Below are positions 39,917-49,927 of a DNA stretch of 64,000 bases, one piece after another (within the stretch, counting starts at the first letter, position 1; each line of letters begins with the position of its first letter). The stretch covers positions 96,178 through 160,177 of IMG/VR virus record IMGVR_UViG_3300037067_007633. One strand, 5' to 3'. The position numbers and the translations under genes were made by a program. Source of the DNA: a virus. Taxonomy: Duplodnaviria; Caudoviricetes. The notes under the pieces were generated by a model that had not been told where the DNA came from, did no database searches, and saw only the letters and a program-made list of their open reading frames with translations.

Positions 39917-40201
39917 TTATTTACCTGTAAAAATAGTTAATTCTTGTATCATCGTCATATTTGGTTCTTCTATTATGTTTGTATCCATGTTAATTATTTT
40001 AACTTTGTCAGTTCCACTAATATATACAACCCCATCTATTTCTTTTCTAAAAGATTGATCGTTACAAAACGGACACTTAAAAATTATTTTATTTTTTATT
40101 TTTGCGGTTGGTTGGGTAACAACTACAACACCTAGTTGTTGATGGCAAGAAGAACAAAAGATATCAATATCTCCGCACTCTTCAACTTTATATTTCATCA
40201 C
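39917..40201 (-). CDS. Zn-ribbon protein
   Basis: CSSC...CPFC. Confidence 0.6.
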   Translation of the reverse strand: MMKYKVEECGDIDIFCSSCHQQLGVVVVTQPTAKIKNKIIFKCPFCNDQSFRKEIDGVVYISGTDKVKIINMDTNIIEEPNMTMIQELTIFTGK

Positions 40202-40378
40202 ACACCCCTCTTATTTTCATTAACTTGTTTTTGATAGCAGAAGTAATAGCAACATCATTATCTGCGTCAACATTAATTGTAAATGATAGTTGTTCGGTTC
40301 CCAATGGAATAAAAGAATTTTGTGAACTGTTTGTTTCTTTTAAAGTTGTCGCATTAATAGAAAACATTATAGCGTATT

Positions 40379-40699
40379 TCATGGAACTATTCCAGTATCA
40401 ATATATGTCTTTTGTTGTTCTTTAGTCATCTTGTTAATTTTTTTATCAAGCTTTTTTTGTTCATTTTCTTTTGGTAAAGTCCCCATTTTATCCATTTCTT
40501 CTGTATTTCTATGTGCTAAATGTCCTAATGTTTTAATATCTGATTTTCCAAGTCTTACTGCAACATACATAGGAACAGTTATTATTTTATGGAAATTTGT
40601 ACTATTACATTTTGGACAAATAGTAATAACTGGGTCGCTCATACGTTGAGTAATATCAAAATGTTCTTTACAGTCATTGCACTCATATTCATAAATCAT
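40379..40699 (-). CDS. FmdB-family Zn-ribbon protein
   Basis: YEYECNDC...CPKC. Confidence 0.78.
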   Translation of the reverse strand: MIYEYECNDCKEHFDITQRMSDPVITICPKCNSTNFHKIITVPMYVAVRLGKSDIKTLGHLAHRNTEEMDKMGTLPKENEQKKLDKKINKMTKEQQKTYIDTGIVP

Positions 40700-40907
40700 C
40701 TTCTATTTCCCCTATATTTATATCACATTCTTTTTGTATTTCTATTTGAAAACCAGATATTGTTATTTTTACTTTAAATTCTCTATTACAATGTTTACAC
40801 TGTAATTTATTCCAACCACTATTGATATAATTATCATCCCATTTATACCCCCATTTACAATGAGGGCATTCAATCCTTAAATTTAATTGCATTTTGAAAA
40901 TCCACAT
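40689..40907 (-). CDS. Zn-ribbon protein
   Basis: CPHC...CKHC. Confidence 0.6.
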   Translation of the reverse strand: MWIFKMQLNLRIECPHCKWGYKWDDNYINSGWNKLQCKHCNREFKVKITISGFQIEIQKECDINIGEIEDDL

Positions 40908-43711
40908 TGTTTACAAACAACACAGCCATTTTCCCTTACTAGTTTAGACTTACAGGTTTCACATAATTCTTCTACTTCTGTACCATCAGGAATATAATGT
41001 TTTAATGTTCTAGCAACACATTTTGCAAATCCCGTCATATCTCCACCGACCTTTTCTAATTGTTCAACAACCAAATTAATTTTAGCGTTGCTTCGCAACA
41101 ATGTGGATACTAATCTCGTAATAGTATTTTCCGTATCAGAAGTAGATGCAGTAATAGGAGATAGTTCCGTTTCTTCTTTATCATCAAAAATTGCCTTGTA
41201 ATAATCTTTACGTTTTCGGATTATTTTTCCTGTTTTAATTCTCTTATTTAGAAATCCGTTTTTGCCAGCAAAAACCTCATATGGTTTATCGTCTTTCTTT
41301 CCTACTAATACAAAATATGCTTGTCCCCTTACAATTACATGGTGAACATCGCAAGATAATTCTCGTGGTCTTTTTTCATCTATAGGTGTAGTTATTCTAT
41401 TTAACACACCGTCTTTACTTTTATCTCTATATACTGTTATTCCTTTTAGTTTAGCTTTCCAGGCTTCTAAATAAATATCGCTTATTTCATCCTCTGTAAT
41501 ATTAGTAGGAACATTTAAAGTATTAGAAATTGAATGGTCTATATGTTGTTGTAAAGTTGCTTGAAGTTTAATTTTATCCTTCCAATTTATATCATTTGCA
41601 CAACTACCATTCCACGGAGATTTTGTAATATCGGTTTCTCCAGTAATTTTCATCCATTCTATTAATTTTGGATGTAAAATGTTAAACTTCATCCAATTAT
41701 CACCAACTTTATCTACATAATCAACTCTAAAATGTTCATCATTTGGATTTCCTTTTTTCATTCTTTCATAAGATAATTCAAATACTGGTTCAAAGCCAGA
41801 ACTAGTTTTTGTTAAATTACTCATTGTTCCCGCTGGGCTTAACGTAAGACACATTATATTGCGTCTTCCATAGATTTTCATATCTTCTACTATATCACTT
41901 CCAACTATTAGTGTGCCATCACCAAAACAAAAACTTTCAGAAGATATTCTATTTATAAAATCGCTATCTTTCTCTTTTTCCCAACTCCAAATAGGAAATG
42001 ATCCTAGTTCTTTAGCCATATCAACAGATGAACGATAACAACCAAACTTAATACAAGTTCCAATATCGTTAGCTATTTTAATAGAATCTGGACTACCATA
42101 TCTAATATTTAATGCTGCAAATACGTCAGCTAAGCCTGTAAATCCAACCCCTGTTCTTCTACCTTTTTCACATACCTCTTTAATATTTTTCCACAAAGTA
42201 AGTTCGCGGAATTTTGTAAACTCATCTTCTGGATCTTCTTTAATTTTATTGATAATTCTATCAATACACTCTAGTTCTAAATCAATAAAATCGTCTATTA
42301 ATCTTTGTGTAATTCTTGCGTGTTTATATAATAAATCATAATTAAATGAAGCATGATTAGTAAACGGATTTTGTACATAACTAAATAGGTTGAGTAATAT
42401 TAGGCGACAGGAATCATTGGCTGATAAAGTTATCTCGCCACAATTACAAATATCAAAACCGTTACACTCAAAAGTATGTGATTTGTTATCTACAGTAATA
42501 TCAAAAACTTCTTCTTCTCCGATATATTCTACTTTTTTAATTTTACAAGTAATTGCCGATTGTATACCAACGTCACCAATAAATATATCAGCATATTGAC
42601 AGTTTTGTATTTCACGTTTTTTACCGTCAGATATAATGTTATGATTAGGCGTACAAACCAGACAAGAAGTATCTGTTGAGTATTTATATATCTTTTTAAC
42701 ACCCCTATTTATTTTATTAATTACCGTTGTCCACCCATCTTTTGACCAAATTTGTTCACCAATATTAATTTTATTTACCAATTTTGAATAACCGGTTCTA
42801 TCTATTACATAACATTGTGTTCCACTAATACATGGGTTACACCCAATACTCTCGAATCCATCTTCAAAATAATATTTCCCAATATCTTCTTTAACTATAT
42901 TATCCCAAAATAATAATCCAGGATCACCAACAGACCAAACGCTTTTAATTATTTCTTTCCATATTTTTTTAGCAGAAATTAAATTACTTATTTTTTTATA
43001 TTTGTCTTTAATAGGAAATCTTTGTTCATAATTTTTGTCGTCAACTACAGCTTGTAAAAACTCGTCAGTTACCTTTAGGGAAATATTTGCTCCAACTACT
43101 CGTTTTTTATCCCTCTTAATTGTAATAAAGTCTAATGCTTGAGGATGATGTATATTTAAACTTAATAACATTGCTCCCCTACGCGAATTTTGTCCTACTT
43201 CTCGAATACTATTAGAGTATCTTTCAACAAAAGGAATAATTCCCGTACTTGTTCTAGCGGCGTTTTTAGTTGGACTATTATTAGGTCTTAATTTTGATAT
43301 ATCTATACCAACACCACCACCTCTTTTTGATATATTAACTAAATCTTCATCTGCTCGTAAAATTCCAGCATAGCTATCCTGGGGGGGGTGAAGAAAATAA
43401 CAATTCGATAAAGTTACGTATTGTTCTTTGTTGCCACATCCGTATAAAATACGACCTTGTGGAACTATGTATTTAAAATGATCTAATAAACTATATATTT
43501 GATCTTTAGTTAGTGGATCTTTAAACTTATTTTTTTCTATTCTGTATAGTTCGTTAGCGATTCTATCAAACATTTGTGCTGGTGTTTTTTCTAATAATTC
43601 ACCGTTATTATTCCTAAGTGCATATTTATCTACAAAGATTTTGGCAGCAAAATCATCACCTGAAAAATATTCTAAAGATTGTTTTAATGCTTCATCATAT
43701 GTGTATGTCAT
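40883..43711 (-). CDS. nrdJ: Class II (AdoCbl-dependent) ribonucleotide reductase with mini-intein
   Basis: LSNC, RRGA, NP|CGE, SCRL, RRTGVG, PAGT, SSGFEP, ISNT, KGITVYR, C-terminal Zn ribbon; no small subunit seen. Confidence 0.88.
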   Translation of the reverse strand: MTYTYDEALKQSLEYFSGDDFAAKIFVDKYALRNNNGELLEKTPAQMFDRIANELYRIEKNKFKDPLTKDQIYSLLDHFKYIVPQGRILYGCGNKEQYVTLSNCYFLHPPQDSYAGILRADEDLVNISKRGGGVGIDISKLRPNNSPTKNAARTSTGIIPFVERYSNSIREVGQNSRRGAMLLSLNIHHPQALDFITIKRDKKRVVGANISLKVTDEFLQAVVDDKNYEQRFPIKDKYKKISNLISAKKIWKEIIKSVWSVGDPGLLFWDNIVKEDIGKYYFEDGFESIGCNPCISGTQCYVIDRTGYSKLVNKINIGEQIWSKDGWTTVINKINRGVKKIYKYSTDTSCLVCTPNHNIISDGKKREIQNCQYADIFIGDVGIQSAITCKIKKVEYIGEEEVFDITVDNKSHTFECNGFDICNCGEITLSANDSCRLILLNLFSYVQNPFTNHASFNYDLLYKHARITQRLIDDFIDLELECIDRIINKIKEDPEDEFTKFRELTLWKNIKEVCEKGRRTGVGFTGLADVFAALNIRYGSPDSIKIANDIGTCIKFGCYRSSVDMAKELGSFPIWSWEKEKDSDFINRISSESFCFGDGTLIVGSDIVEDMKIYGRRNIMCLTLSPAGTMSNLTKTSSGFEPVFELSYERMKKGNPNDEHFRVDYVDKVGDNWMKFNILHPKLIEWMKITGETDITKSPWNGSCANDINWKDKIKLQATLQQHIDHSISNTLNVPTNITEDEISDIYLEAWKAKLKGITVYRDKSKDGVLNRITTPIDEKRPRELSCDVHHVIVRGQAYFVLVGKKDDKPYEVFAGKNGFLNKRIKTGKIIRKRKDYYKAIFDDKEETELSPITASTSDTENTITRLVSTLLRSNAKINLVVEQLEKVGGDMTGFAKCVARTLKHYIPDGTEVEELCETCKSKLVRENGCVVCKQCGFSKCN
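42443..42832 (-). mobile_element. Mini-intein (130 aa) at RNR catalytic Cys
   Basis: CISG start, CTPNH block B, VFDITV block F, ends DICN, +1 Cys. Confidence 0.88.
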
Positions 43712-44237
43712 TTATTTCTCTTATAATTAATTTATCTTTTGTAAGATATTTGAATATTGTGTAGAAATCTTTTGTCTCTTGATTATTCAACATTTTTGAT
43801 AATCCATTAGAATCATAAACTATTTCCTCAACCCCGCTTTGAAAAAGCGACTGTATACAATGTGGGCATGGTAAACCCGTAACATAAGCAATACAACCTT
43901 TAGTCGAATGTCCACTTCTACAACAATTTAATAGGGAATTTAATTCTGCGTGAATTACGACATTATACTTCTCGTTCCTGACATTTGGTAAAACACTATC
44001 GTCCACATTTCTAATAAAAGAATTATAACCAAAAGCAATAGGAGTATGGTCTTTAGTTGTAATAACACAACCATGTTTAGTTTGGGAATCTAAACTTCTT
44101 AATTTTATTACGTGTGCTAATTTGATAAAATATTCATCCCAAGAAGGTCTAGTAACCTTCACAATCTTCTGGTTCTTCTTCCATTCTTCTATTATTTGTT
44201 CGGCTGTTTTGTGAGTTTCCGCTATGTTTGTTGTCAT
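43695..44237 (-). CDS. dCMP deaminase
   Basis: RPSWDEYF, HAE, PCPHC. Confidence 0.9.
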   Translation of the reverse strand: MTTNIAETHKTAEQIIEEWKKNQKIVKVTRPSWDEYFIKLAHVIKLRSLDSQTKHGCVITTKDHTPIAFGYNSFIRNVDDSVLPNVRNEKYNVVIHAELNSLLNCCRSGHSTKGCIAYVTGLPCPHCIQSLFQSGVEEIVYDSNGLSKMLNNQETKDFYTIFKYLTKDKLIIREINDIHI

Positions 44238-44323
44238 TATTAATTGTTCGTTTAGCTTTTCTAAACTTCCTAAACTCCTTTCCTTTTTTTCTTAATTGTT
44301 CTTTATATGCACCCCTAAATGTT

Positions 44324-44557
44324 CTACCCAAGTTTCTCAATCTCCTTTTTCAAATTTTTAATAACACAATTACATAAAACAAGACTAGTAATATAATTGA
44401 TAGTTCCCAACCCCTTACAATGTTTACACCCAACTTTTGCATAACTTTCTCTAATAATTTTATCTTCTCTTATTGCTTTAATTTGAGTTTGATAATATGC
44501 GTACTTAGCTTCTTTATCCATGATTACAGCATCTTTCTCCAGGTATTGGTTGTGCAA
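44324..44557 (-). CDS. Zn-finger hypothetical protein
   Basis: CKHCKGLG...CNC. Confidence 0.55.
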   Translation of the reverse strand: MHNQYLEKDAVIMDKEAKYAYYQTQIKAIREDKIIRESYAKVGCKHCKGLGTINYITSLVLCNCVIKNLKKEIEKLG

Positions 44558-44804
44558 ATTCGTTACTTATAAACTCTATAATATCTTTAGGAATATTTAT
44601 ACATATACCTTTAATTTTTTCTAACTCTCCAAAATCTATAGTATATCCATATTGTCCCTCTTCTATTAATTTTGTTGGTATTAGTTCTCCAAATCTACCA
44701 TTATATATTAGATTTTCTATTTCTATTTTACCGTCTTGTAAATGACTAAAAATAGTATTAATAGCATAATCTTTCAGTAATCTAATTCTCATATTTGATT
44801 CCAA
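44514..44804 (-). CDS. Hypothetical protein
   Basis: ORF packed in operon. Confidence 0.5.
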   Translation of the reverse strand: MESNMRIRLLKDYAINTIFSHLQDGKIEIENLIYNGRFGELIPTKLIEEGQYGYTIDFGELEKIKGICINIPKDIIEFISNEFAQPIPGERCCNHG

Positions 44805-45042
44805 TTAAAATTCCAACGATTATAAAGTTTAATAGATAATTAATTACTAATGGGATTGAAAATAAATTTGGGGTTAATAATATATATACCAACATTAAAA
44901 TTTCACCAATAAACCATGTAGATAGAAAAAGACCAGAAAAGTCATCAACTCTTTTGGTCTTTATACTTTTTAATAATTGTGGTATTGCACATCCAGCCAA
45001 TAAAAATGAGCCAACAAATCCTACCCACTCAATAATATACAT
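44782..45042 (-). CDS. PQ-loop/SemiSWEET-like three-TM transporter
   Basis: IPQLLKSIKTK..DDFS, three hydrophobic helices, 86 aa. Confidence 0.78.
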   Translation of the reverse strand: MYIIEWVGFVGSFLLAGCAIPQLLKSIKTKRVDDFSGLFLSTWFIGEILMLVYILLTPNLFSIPLVINYLLNFIIVGILIGIKYEN

Positions 45043-45062
45043 TATATACTGTCTTTGTCAAC

Positions 45063-45449
45063 CTAATTTTTATTTGTTTTTAACCAATCAATAAATTTAT
45101 TTGAATCCTTAAATCCATATCCCCATCTATAAAATTTTTTAGTATGAGGGTTAATCATATAATAAGATGGAATTAAACCCTGTTGATTAAAATTTGTTTG
45201 TGAAAATAATTGTTTAAATAAATTATATATTGTTCTATCGTTACTGATATTAATCTCTAGATAAATATATTGAGATAATTCTTTGTTGATAGTATGTTCA
45301 CTAAATGTTTCATTTTTTAGTTTAACACAATATGGACAATCGTTAGAAGTAAAATAAACAAAAACCCATTTATTGTTTATTTTTCCGTGTTCTAATGCTT
45401 CTCCAAAATTCATTCCTAATAATGAAGTTAAAACTAATCCTAAAAACAT
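45063..45449 (-). CDS. Thioredoxin-family protein with signal peptide
   Basis: VYFTSNDCPYC, cis-Pro LIP. Confidence 0.78.
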   Translation of the reverse strand: MFLGLVLTSLLGMNFGEALEHGKINNKWVFVYFTSNDCPYCVKLKNETFSEHTINKELSQYIYLEINISNDRTIYNLFKQLFSQTNFNQQGLIPSYYMINPHTKKFYRWGYGFKDSNKFIDWLKTNKN

Positions 45450-45977
45450 TTATTTTTCCTTGTTAAAATATCTTTTTTCAAATTGTTTTAAAAATTCTAT
45501 TTCAGCCATTATTTTTCCTTTTATTTCTGCGTCTCTTTCAATGTGAAGCATTTTCCACTGTTGTATATCTACAATTTCTTTATGAAAATCTTCTGTTTGT
45601 TTTACTATGTTTTCTTTCCACGCAAAATTAACCCCATCTTGAAATTTACCATCTATTAATTCTTGTCTTGTTTTATCTACAATTTGCTCTAATTTTATAG
45701 TTGCGGCAGATTGCCCATTCATAACAATAGCCATAATTCCACCTATTAAAGTAAATATAGCTACTATTAACGATCCTAGACTAATTATCATTGACCATTT
45801 AGGTGTTTTTGTTTCTCCTAACGCTGTTATTACTTCTTTTTGAAAAGAATTTAAATTTCCCGTTAAAGAATCCATACCATTAACTATATCTTTAACATCT
45901 GCAACTAATCCTTGAACAGCACCTTCTAGCCTACCAACACGCAATTCTAAGTTTGTACCTTTACCTTCTGTTGCCAT
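45450..45977 (-). CDS. Single-TM coiled-coil protein
   Basis: Heptad N-terminus, central TM helix. Confidence 0.55.
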   Translation of the reverse strand: MATEGKGTNLELRVGRLEGAVQGLVADVKDIVNGMDSLTGNLNSFQKEVITALGETKTPKWSMIISLGSLIVAIFTLIGGIMAIVMNGQSAATIKLEQIVDKTRQELIDGKFQDGVNFAWKENIVKQTEDFHKEIVDIQQWKMLHIERDAEIKGKIMAEIEFLKQFEKRYFNKEK

Positions 45978-46007
45978 TTCAGTTAACCTTTCGTGTTGTA
46001 ATATTAT

Positions 46008-46044
46008 AAAAGAAAAGGGGGTATAGAGTATATCTTATACCCCC
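46008..46044 (-). terminator. Rho-independent terminator
   Basis: GGGGGTATA-loop-TATACCCCC then TTTTCTTTT. Confidence 0.85.
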
Positions 46045-46063
46045 TAATCATTTTACTTAAAGA

Positions 46064-46621
46064 TTAATCTGTCTTTTTACTATAATCTTTATAGGAAGGG
46101 GTCGTTCCGGTTTCCATTATTACAAATTCGCCTGGAATAGCTCGTGTTGGACGTGCAGCATGATCTGTAGTTCCGCTTTGACCAGCATAATCTGTTTCGG
46201 CAGTTTTTGTTGATGGTTGTCCAGTTATCCAATTCCATGTAGCTTCATGAGTTCTGCGGAATTGTTCAATCTTCATAATTGATTTTCGTGTTCCAAAATC
46301 TGAAGCTCCAGATTGAAGAACAGTGTTAGCTACACCAGAAATGGTAGTTGTATAACCACGAATTAAATATTTACCAGCAACTTGGTAAGCATAAGTTCCG
46401 CTTGAAAACGGTTTGTATAAACCGGTTGTTCCTGTACCAGCAGCAATAGTTTCATCCGTTTCCGCATTAGGAATTTTTGATCCGCCAAATCTATTCTCAA
46501 AATTTAAAGTTGTAAATCCAACTTGTGAAAGTGGACCGCTAGCACTAACATTTCCCCCATAAGCAATTGTTCCTCCGTTATTTTTTTTAACACCGGAACC
46601 TTTAGCAGTAGTCGTAGCCAT
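46064..46621 (-). CDS. Gly/Thr/Ala-rich protein, possibly virion structural
   Basis: Composition unlike neighbours; own terminator and structured leader. Confidence 0.5.
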   Translation of the reverse strand: MATTTAKGSGVKKNNGGTIAYGGNVSASGPLSQVGFTTLNFENRFGGSKIPNAETDETIAAGTGTTGLYKPFSSGTYAYQVAGKYLIRGYTTTISGVANTVLQSGASDFGTRKSIMKIEQFRRTHEATWNWITGQPSTKTAETDYAGQSGTTDHAARPTRAIPGEFVIMETGTTPSYKDYSKKTD

Positions 46622-46693
46622 ATTTTAATTCCTTATTAATAAGGAGATTATATAATCCTATTATTTCCTATAAAAATCCAAAATCCAATGTAA

Positions 46694-47185
46694 TTATACA
46701 CCATTCTTAATATTTAACAATATTTTATTTAATCTTGTTCTTATCTTTTGTTTTGTACAATTATTTTCTTGACTTATCTCTTTAAGTGTTTTCCTTTCTA
46801 TAAATCGTGAAATTAATATTTGTTTATCATCTTCTGGTATCATACATAATATTTTAGTTAATAAATCTTTTTTAGTTTGTATTGTTTTGCTTTTTTCATA
46901 TTCTGATATAAACAATATGTTTTTGTTAATATGCTTTTGTTCTTTTTGGCACGCTTGTATACAATACCATCGAACAAATCTATATAAAGAAGATGTAAAT
47001 TTAGCATTAAAACTATTATCGTATTTTTCTAAACATTTCCATAAAGCGTAATAACAACAAGACTCAATATCATTATAAGACAATGTTCCCCTAAAAGACT
47101 TTGCTGCCGCATTCATTATTTTTTTATTATCTATCAAATTATAAGCTTTTTCATATTCTTCATTACTAATTATTTTTTTATCCAT
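46694..47185 (-). CDS. Sigma-70-family (ECF-like) sigma factor
   Basis: ALWKCLEKYD...KFTSSLYRFVR (region 2); RF..RKTLKEIS...IRTRL (region 4). Confidence 0.78.
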   Translation of the reverse strand: MDKKIISNEEYEKAYNLIDNKKIMNAAAKSFRGTLSYNDIESCCYYALWKCLEKYDNSFNAKFTSSLYRFVRWYCIQACQKEQKHINKNILFISEYEKSKTIQTKKDLLTKILCMIPEDDKQILISRFIERKTLKEISQENNCTKQKIRTRLNKILLNIKNGV

Positions 47186-47828
47186 ATTTTTTTATAGTTT
47201 CTATATTTTCATATCCCATGTCTCCTAGAACGGCATCCATAAATCCATATTCAACAGATTGCCTTGGTGTTAAATACCATTCCTCAAAATCTTTTAGCTG
47301 ATTATTGATAAAAGACTTGATTTTATCCTGTTTCCAATTTTTAAACTTTTCTCCTATTAAACATCTGTTTGCATAAATATCCAACATTGTAGAATCAGCA
47401 ACTTTATTAAATTCTACAAAAGATCTAACAGTTTTTTCGGTTCCTTCAATTCCAAGTGTTCCTTCGTGAATCATAAAATAGGCGTTTGGCATTATAATTC
47501 TTAAATCGGCAGCTTGAGGAATGATAGACGACATTGATCTTGCATGAGCATAAGATAAAGTAATTACTTTGTTTCTACATGCTTTAATCATATCATACAT
47601 CGACATTCCATATGACCATTCACCGCCACAAGTATTAAAATGAATTAAAATATTTCCATCTGTTTTATCTAATAATCTAAGATTAATAATAAATGTTGAT
47701 GATAGAATGTGATTAATTTCATCTATATCATTTCCTCCAACATATATTTCTCTACCATCAAAATCAACTCCAAAATTGTGTACATCATTTATTAATTCAC
47801 TTCGTTGGCTTTTTGTTAATTTTGCCAT
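47178..47828 (-). CDS. ClpP-like protease
   Basis: FNTCGG, ARSMSS, NAYFMIHE, WYLTPRQSVEYGFMD. Confidence 0.85.
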   Translation of the reverse strand: MAKLTKSQRSELINDVHNFGVDFDGREIYVGGNDIDEINHILSSTFIINLRLLDKTDGNILIHFNTCGGEWSYGMSMYDMIKACRNKVITLSYAHARSMSSIIPQAADLRIIMPNAYFMIHEGTLGIEGTEKTVRSFVEFNKVADSTMLDIYANRCLIGEKFKNWKQDKIKSFINNQLKDFEEWYLTPRQSVEYGFMDAVLGDMGYENIETIKKYG

Positions 47829-47836
47829 ATATAATA

Positions 47837-48475
47837 TTACCTGTAGTCTTTATATGAAATAATATAACCTCCTACACTACCTACCGCAATATTATATACA
47901 TTCAATTTATTATTAAAGTCTTGAAATTCTTCACAAACAAAAATGTCTAACTTTCCATTAGGAAGTACATAAATAATCCAATATTCATTATATCTATTGA
48001 TACTTTTTATAGTATCATTTACAAAATTAACTATTGAGTTATTAAATTTTGAATTAAGTATACTATTAATAATAATATTGTTTTTATAATCAAATTCTAA
48101 AATAACTTTTTGTATATTTAGTTTAATAGATTGGGAATTAAATAGCCCACCCAGTTTTGGAAAACCTATTCTTACACGATATCTAGTTAGTATATCTAAT
48201 GTTTCTACACCACATATTTGTTCTATTTTTCTTATTATTTTCGATGTAATATTAAAATTGGTGTGCAATACCCAAAAATCAAATTGTTTTGAAGCAAATT
48301 GTTTTTCGCTTAATGGTAAAAATCCAAAAGGAGTACTTAAAATTTTTGTTGATTGAATTTGTGGTAATTCGTATTCGTCATTATATTCGTCGTTTTCGTT
48401 TTTTTGTGGTGGTAATTCTTTGGTATCCACTTCCAATGGATCTTCATACTTTTCCCACACTATTTTGCGTTTCAT
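47837..48475 (-). CDS. Hypothetical protein
   Basis: ORF packed in operon. Confidence 0.6.
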   Translation of the reverse strand: MKRKIVWEKYEDPLEVDTKELPPQKNENDEYNDEYELPQIQSTKILSTPFGFLPLSEKQFASKQFDFWVLHTNFNITSKIIRKIEQICGVETLDILTRYRVRIGFPKLGGLFNSQSIKLNIQKVILEFDYKNNIIINSILNSKFNNSIVNFVNDTIKSINRYNEYWIIYVLPNGKLDIFVCEEFQDFNNKLNVYNIAVGSVGGYIISYKDYR

Positions 48476-48670
48476 TTATTACCTATTTAATAAAAATATT
48501 TATATTACCAGTTAATAAACCAATACCAACAGTAATTGATAGTATAATTACCATTATAATTAAAATTCCTGGTACCATACTTGAATCACCCACAAAGCCA
48601 CCATTTAATTCTAACGAAGCAACAACTAGAGATAAAACTAAAAAGAAAATTAATATTGATACTATGATTG

Positions 48671-49324
48671 TTAACATGATAAAATATCATCAAAAATGAT
48701 TGGAATTTTAGTTTTTAGTTCACTTAATAAAGGTTTCATAATCTCTTGAATTTGTATGTGAGCAGTTGATGCAGTTCTAAGTTTAAAAATATGTCTCCAT
48801 TCGCGTAAGTTTACTGTTGTTACTATTTCTGTTTTTAAAGAATTTGGGAGAACAGAACGAGCTTGTTGTGGTTGCCAGCCACTAGTAATTAAATCCAAAT
48901 AATAAAACTCAGCTCCCCATAATGCTTTTACCCATTTTATAGAGTTTATATCTTTAGTGTTTAATGGTTGATTATATTCATAATCTCCTGGATTAATATC
49001 ACACCACGGAGGAATAATAAAGGTCAATCCTTTTTGTTTGTATGAAACATAGCGTGTACTTTCAACCGAATAAGATGCAAGTCTGTGTCTTGTAAGTTCT
49101 GCTAACACACCTCTATCAGTAATAAATTTTACACTAATATTTATATGTTCAATTACAGACTCGTGATTTCTATTAAGAATATTTTTACAAAATCTAACGC
49201 AAGACTCATCAGTAATAGTTGACTCTGACTTGTAACACGTTTTACCAGCTTTTTCCAAAAATGATAATATTTCCATCCCGTTAATAGGAGTTAATATTTC
49301 ATAAGACGGTTTAATCAATCTCAT
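48671..49324 (-). CDS. thyX: FAD-dependent thymidylate synthase
   Basis: HESVIEH, ELTRHRLASYSVESTRY, ARSVLP, NLREWRH..LR. Confidence 0.95.
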   Translation of the reverse strand: MRLIKPSYEILTPINGMEILSFLEKAGKTCYKSESTITDESCVRFCKNILNRNHESVIEHINISVKFITDRGVLAELTRHRLASYSVESTRYVSYKQKGLTFIIPPWCDINPGDYEYNQPLNTKDINSIKWVKALWGAEFYYLDLITSGWQPQQARSVLPNSLKTEIVTTVNLREWRHIFKLRTASTAHIQIQEIMKPLLSELKTKIPIIFDDILSC

Positions 49325-49552
49325 ATTTGGAAATCCCCTATATAAATACCATCTATCAATCTAAATATTTCACTTAAAGATTGTGATAATTGCATAGCTT
49401 GTTGTTCTGACGCACATCTTAATTCTAAATTCTTTCCACACATTTTTTGTTCGTGAACTTCTGTATGACAAAATCTAGAAGTTATTACTATTGACGATGG
49501 TTTATTATTTTTTATAATAGCCAAAACTTCTATTGGAATATCAATTTTCATG

Positions 49553-49927
49553 TTATTGCTTTGTATTATCTTGTCTAAAATATTGCCCGAAAACCTCTGT
49601 TGGTCTTACCGAGTCATCCTTATAATCATCTGGAATGTTTTCGTTTTCGTCATTAATCAAACTCTTCCAATATGACAATATCTGATTAACCTCCTTATTT
49701 AATGCGTGTTTATTACCAAATTCTGTTAAAATATTACAAAACTCTAAAGTCATTGATTGCGATTGAATATAAAAAAATAGTTTAGATATATCGTCTACAA
49801 AAATTGATTTCTCAGTATGATTTGGTGGCACTATGTCAACATAATACTTAATACTTCCGTCACTTTCTACTTCAAAAACCACTCTATGTTTTAAATTTTT
49901 TTTCTTTTTAAAAAAGTTAAATTTCAT
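49553..49927 (-). CDS. Hypothetical protein
   Basis: ORF packed in operon. Confidence 0.5.
   Translation of the reverse strand: MKFNFFKKKKNLKHRVVFEVESDGSIKYYVDIVPPNHTEKSIFVDDISKLFFYIQSQSMTLEFCNILTEFGNKHALNKEVNQILSYWKSLINDENENIPDDYKDDSVRPTEVFGQYFRQDNTKQ

Noticed and set aside
45034-45061. TTGACA-16-TATATT promoter
   Set aside because: It overlaps the start codon of the adjacent gene and such matches are expected by chance in AT-rich DNA
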